NCBI GenBank assembly: GCA_001275005.1
Contig: JWZX01002937.1
Span: 1 to 40,955 of the forward strand
DNA: 40,955 nucleotides
From: Chrysochromulina tobinii
Taxonomy: Eukaryota
Direction of reading: 5' to 3'
In this document: piece by piece, positions 39,215 through 40,955 of the stretch
Layout of the letters: each line of letters starts with the position of its first letter
Position numbering within the stretch: position 1 is the stretch's first letter
Notes under the pieces: generated by a model
What the model was told of the DNA's origin: nothing
Database searches by the model: none
What the model saw: the letters and a program-made list of their open reading frames with translations, nothing else
Program-made: the position numbers and the translations under genes

Positions 39215-39813
39215 TCGCCCAGGAGCACGCGCCGTCGTACCAGCAGCAGCACAACCCGACAGGCTCCCAAGCGCTGCACCCTTGCCCTGCTGCTGTGCTT
39301 CAGACACGGGATCCTCCTCTTGCCAGAGAAGGGGCGCGGCGGGCGCGGCGGGCGCGGCGGGCGCAGCGCGCCCGCGGCGCGGCGGGGAGGATGGTGGAAC
39401 GGGCGGAGCGGCTGCGTTGGGCAAGGCGGGCTAGACTCAACGGAAATCGATGCGGGACAAACTGTGAACTCTCGCCCGGTGTGAGCAAAGAATGCGGGAG
39501 TAGTTTGAGCTAGTGCGGCATTTCTGATGGCGGACGGACGGATCAAGGTCGCTTGCGTTGAAACGCGAAACGGCACAAAGGTGCGTGAGTACGAAGTTCG
39601 GCATTGTTTCGTAAAGGAAATTAAATGAAGAACTCAAAAGTCATCTCAATGTCTCCTGGGGAAGTACATGTAACATCAGACCGAATGAAGATGTTTCCTG
39701 TCGCACCGTTGGCTGAGTTCGCAGGATATGGAAGGAATGCATGCATGCATTCGCTGCGGCAGAATTTCAACAGTTCTTTCACCTGAGGGTGCTGTGAGCG
39801 TTCCTCGCATCAG

Positions 39814-40754
39814 ATGGCACCTCAGCACGCGTCGTGCGACATCGCTCAGCAACTGGGCAGCACGCCCGTTTACTTTTTACTGAGCAGCACTCCCGACCGT
39901 GCTGCGCGACTGCCGCGCATACTCGCCACCATGCGCCGGCAGTCTCTTCAACCAGCTGCCATTGTGCTCAGCATCGCCAGCACCTATAATACGACGCGAT
40001 TTGTCAATTCGTCCTACACCATCGCACCTGAGCTCCTCAACCAGCGGCCGAGGTTGCTCGTTCACACAGTGCCTCGCGACCTCGGTCCCATCACCAAGTA
40101 TGCGGGGGTCAATTACCTACTCGCTCATCTGCAGCCGGCCTCACTGGCTCGACGTGCAATTGTTGTTGTCGGGGACGATGACATATTCTATGGCTCGTCG
40201 TTCATCGAGGATTACGCATGTGCAGTTGCCTCAGGCCCCGAAAACGCAGTGTACTCGGTAAACGGGCGCGCCGCGAGCAACATGCAGAAAGAACAGATGG
40301 CCACAGCCCTCGATCCAAACTTGGTGCTCAGACACTGCTTCGCTGACGGCTCCCTCGAGTGTCACTTTCGACTCGCGCCCGTGTTCTCCAGTCTGGAATC
40401 GATCGCGATTGCCTGGGGCGACTGCTCTCGTCGTGCGTCATGGGCTTCCGAGGTGTTGGGCTGCGCGCTGGCATGCTCGAGGCGCTTGGCGACATGCACG
40501 TGCCGTCCGAGTGCTTCCTCGCCGATGATCTAGCCATCAGCTACTACCTTGCCCTGATGCAGCGCTCCACCGTGCGGCGGCTGCGGCTGCGCACCAAGTA
40601 CAAGTTCGACAATGAATTCGCGTGGAGCAACTCTTCCATCAACACCTTCCACCGGCAACGCAAGTTTGGCGTCAATCGGGCGTGCGCCGCCTCGTTGAGG
40701 TCGTTGATGCGCGCGTCGAAGCCCGACAAGCAGCCGACAAGCCGTGACGCGTGA
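39814..40754 (+). CDS. GT-A fold glycosyltransferase-like protein; exons 39814-40257 and 40392-40754
   Basis: LSSTPDR...QSLQP..IVLSI, DLGPITK, IVVVGDDDIFY (DxD), then GFRGV and CFLADDLAISYYL. A phase-0 GT-AG intron joins the two ORFs. An additional 5' exon is possible. Confidence 0.75.
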
Positions 40755-40955
40755 AGACCGCGAGAGTGTGATTTAGCATTTAAGGTGAAAGGCCGCGAGG
40801 TGAGTCACGAGAGGCGTTGGTAGCCCGTTAAGCCGTAGCCCGTAGGTGTAGAATTTATCGACTTGAATGACGTGTTGCACGCCGGTGTGAAACGAGATCC
40901 GACAAAATTTTCGAACTCCCGCAATGCGGGACCCCACTCGACTTTTCTCGCGGCC

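Larger units (their letters stand above)
33662..39587 (+). repeat. Tandem segmental duplication: copy 1 about 33662-35930, copy 2 about 36376-39587
   Basis: The copies share upstream non-coding sequence (ctcagagtgcggtgatg...gatatgtgttcggttcgattcaaatcttcatatg), the Sel1/U-box gene and the 3' flank (gaatgcgggagtagtttgagctagtgcg). Confidence 0.92.

Noticed and set aside
1..40955. tRNA, rRNA, LTRs, terminal inverted repeats, telomeric repeats
   Set aside because: None recognisable by eye; no covariance-model search could be run.

Overview
GC-rich eukaryotic genomic DNA, most likely from a haptophyte alga (Chrysochromulina-like). This is inferred from GC content, GTGCGC/GTACGC splice donors and repeat-filled short introns, not from a database search. 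The left ~10.5 kb is a very large APE-type non-LTR retrotransposon on the minus strand. It has an ORF1 with a Pro-Ala tract. Its ORF2, once one in-frame TAG and two frameshifts are bridged, reads for about 2,800 codons: a ~300-aa leader ending in the ubiquitin C-terminal motif LRLRGG, then APE endonuclease, RT (FVDD), RNase H, a Cys/His motif, a basic helix and tandem ZZ/C1-like zinc fingers that run off the window edge and are missing from the ORF track. Host genes follow: SYF2; a 5x C2H2 zinc finger + UIM + RING protein; a divergent pair of large low-complexity coiled-coil proteins (one with WH2, IQ and CBM5/12-like motifs); ARP2 (4 exons); a Myb + zinc-knuckle factor; a myosin with an ER/K helix and 13 ARM repeats (5 exons); a tandem duplication of Sel1-repeat + U-box E3 ligase genes (5 vs 15 near-identical repeats with position-specific variation); and a GT-A glycosyltransferase. 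The best leads are the putative deubiquitinase-cleaved LINE polyprotein, the variable-repeat E3 ligases, the myosin-ARM fusion, and introns whose ends duplicate flanking exon sequence.
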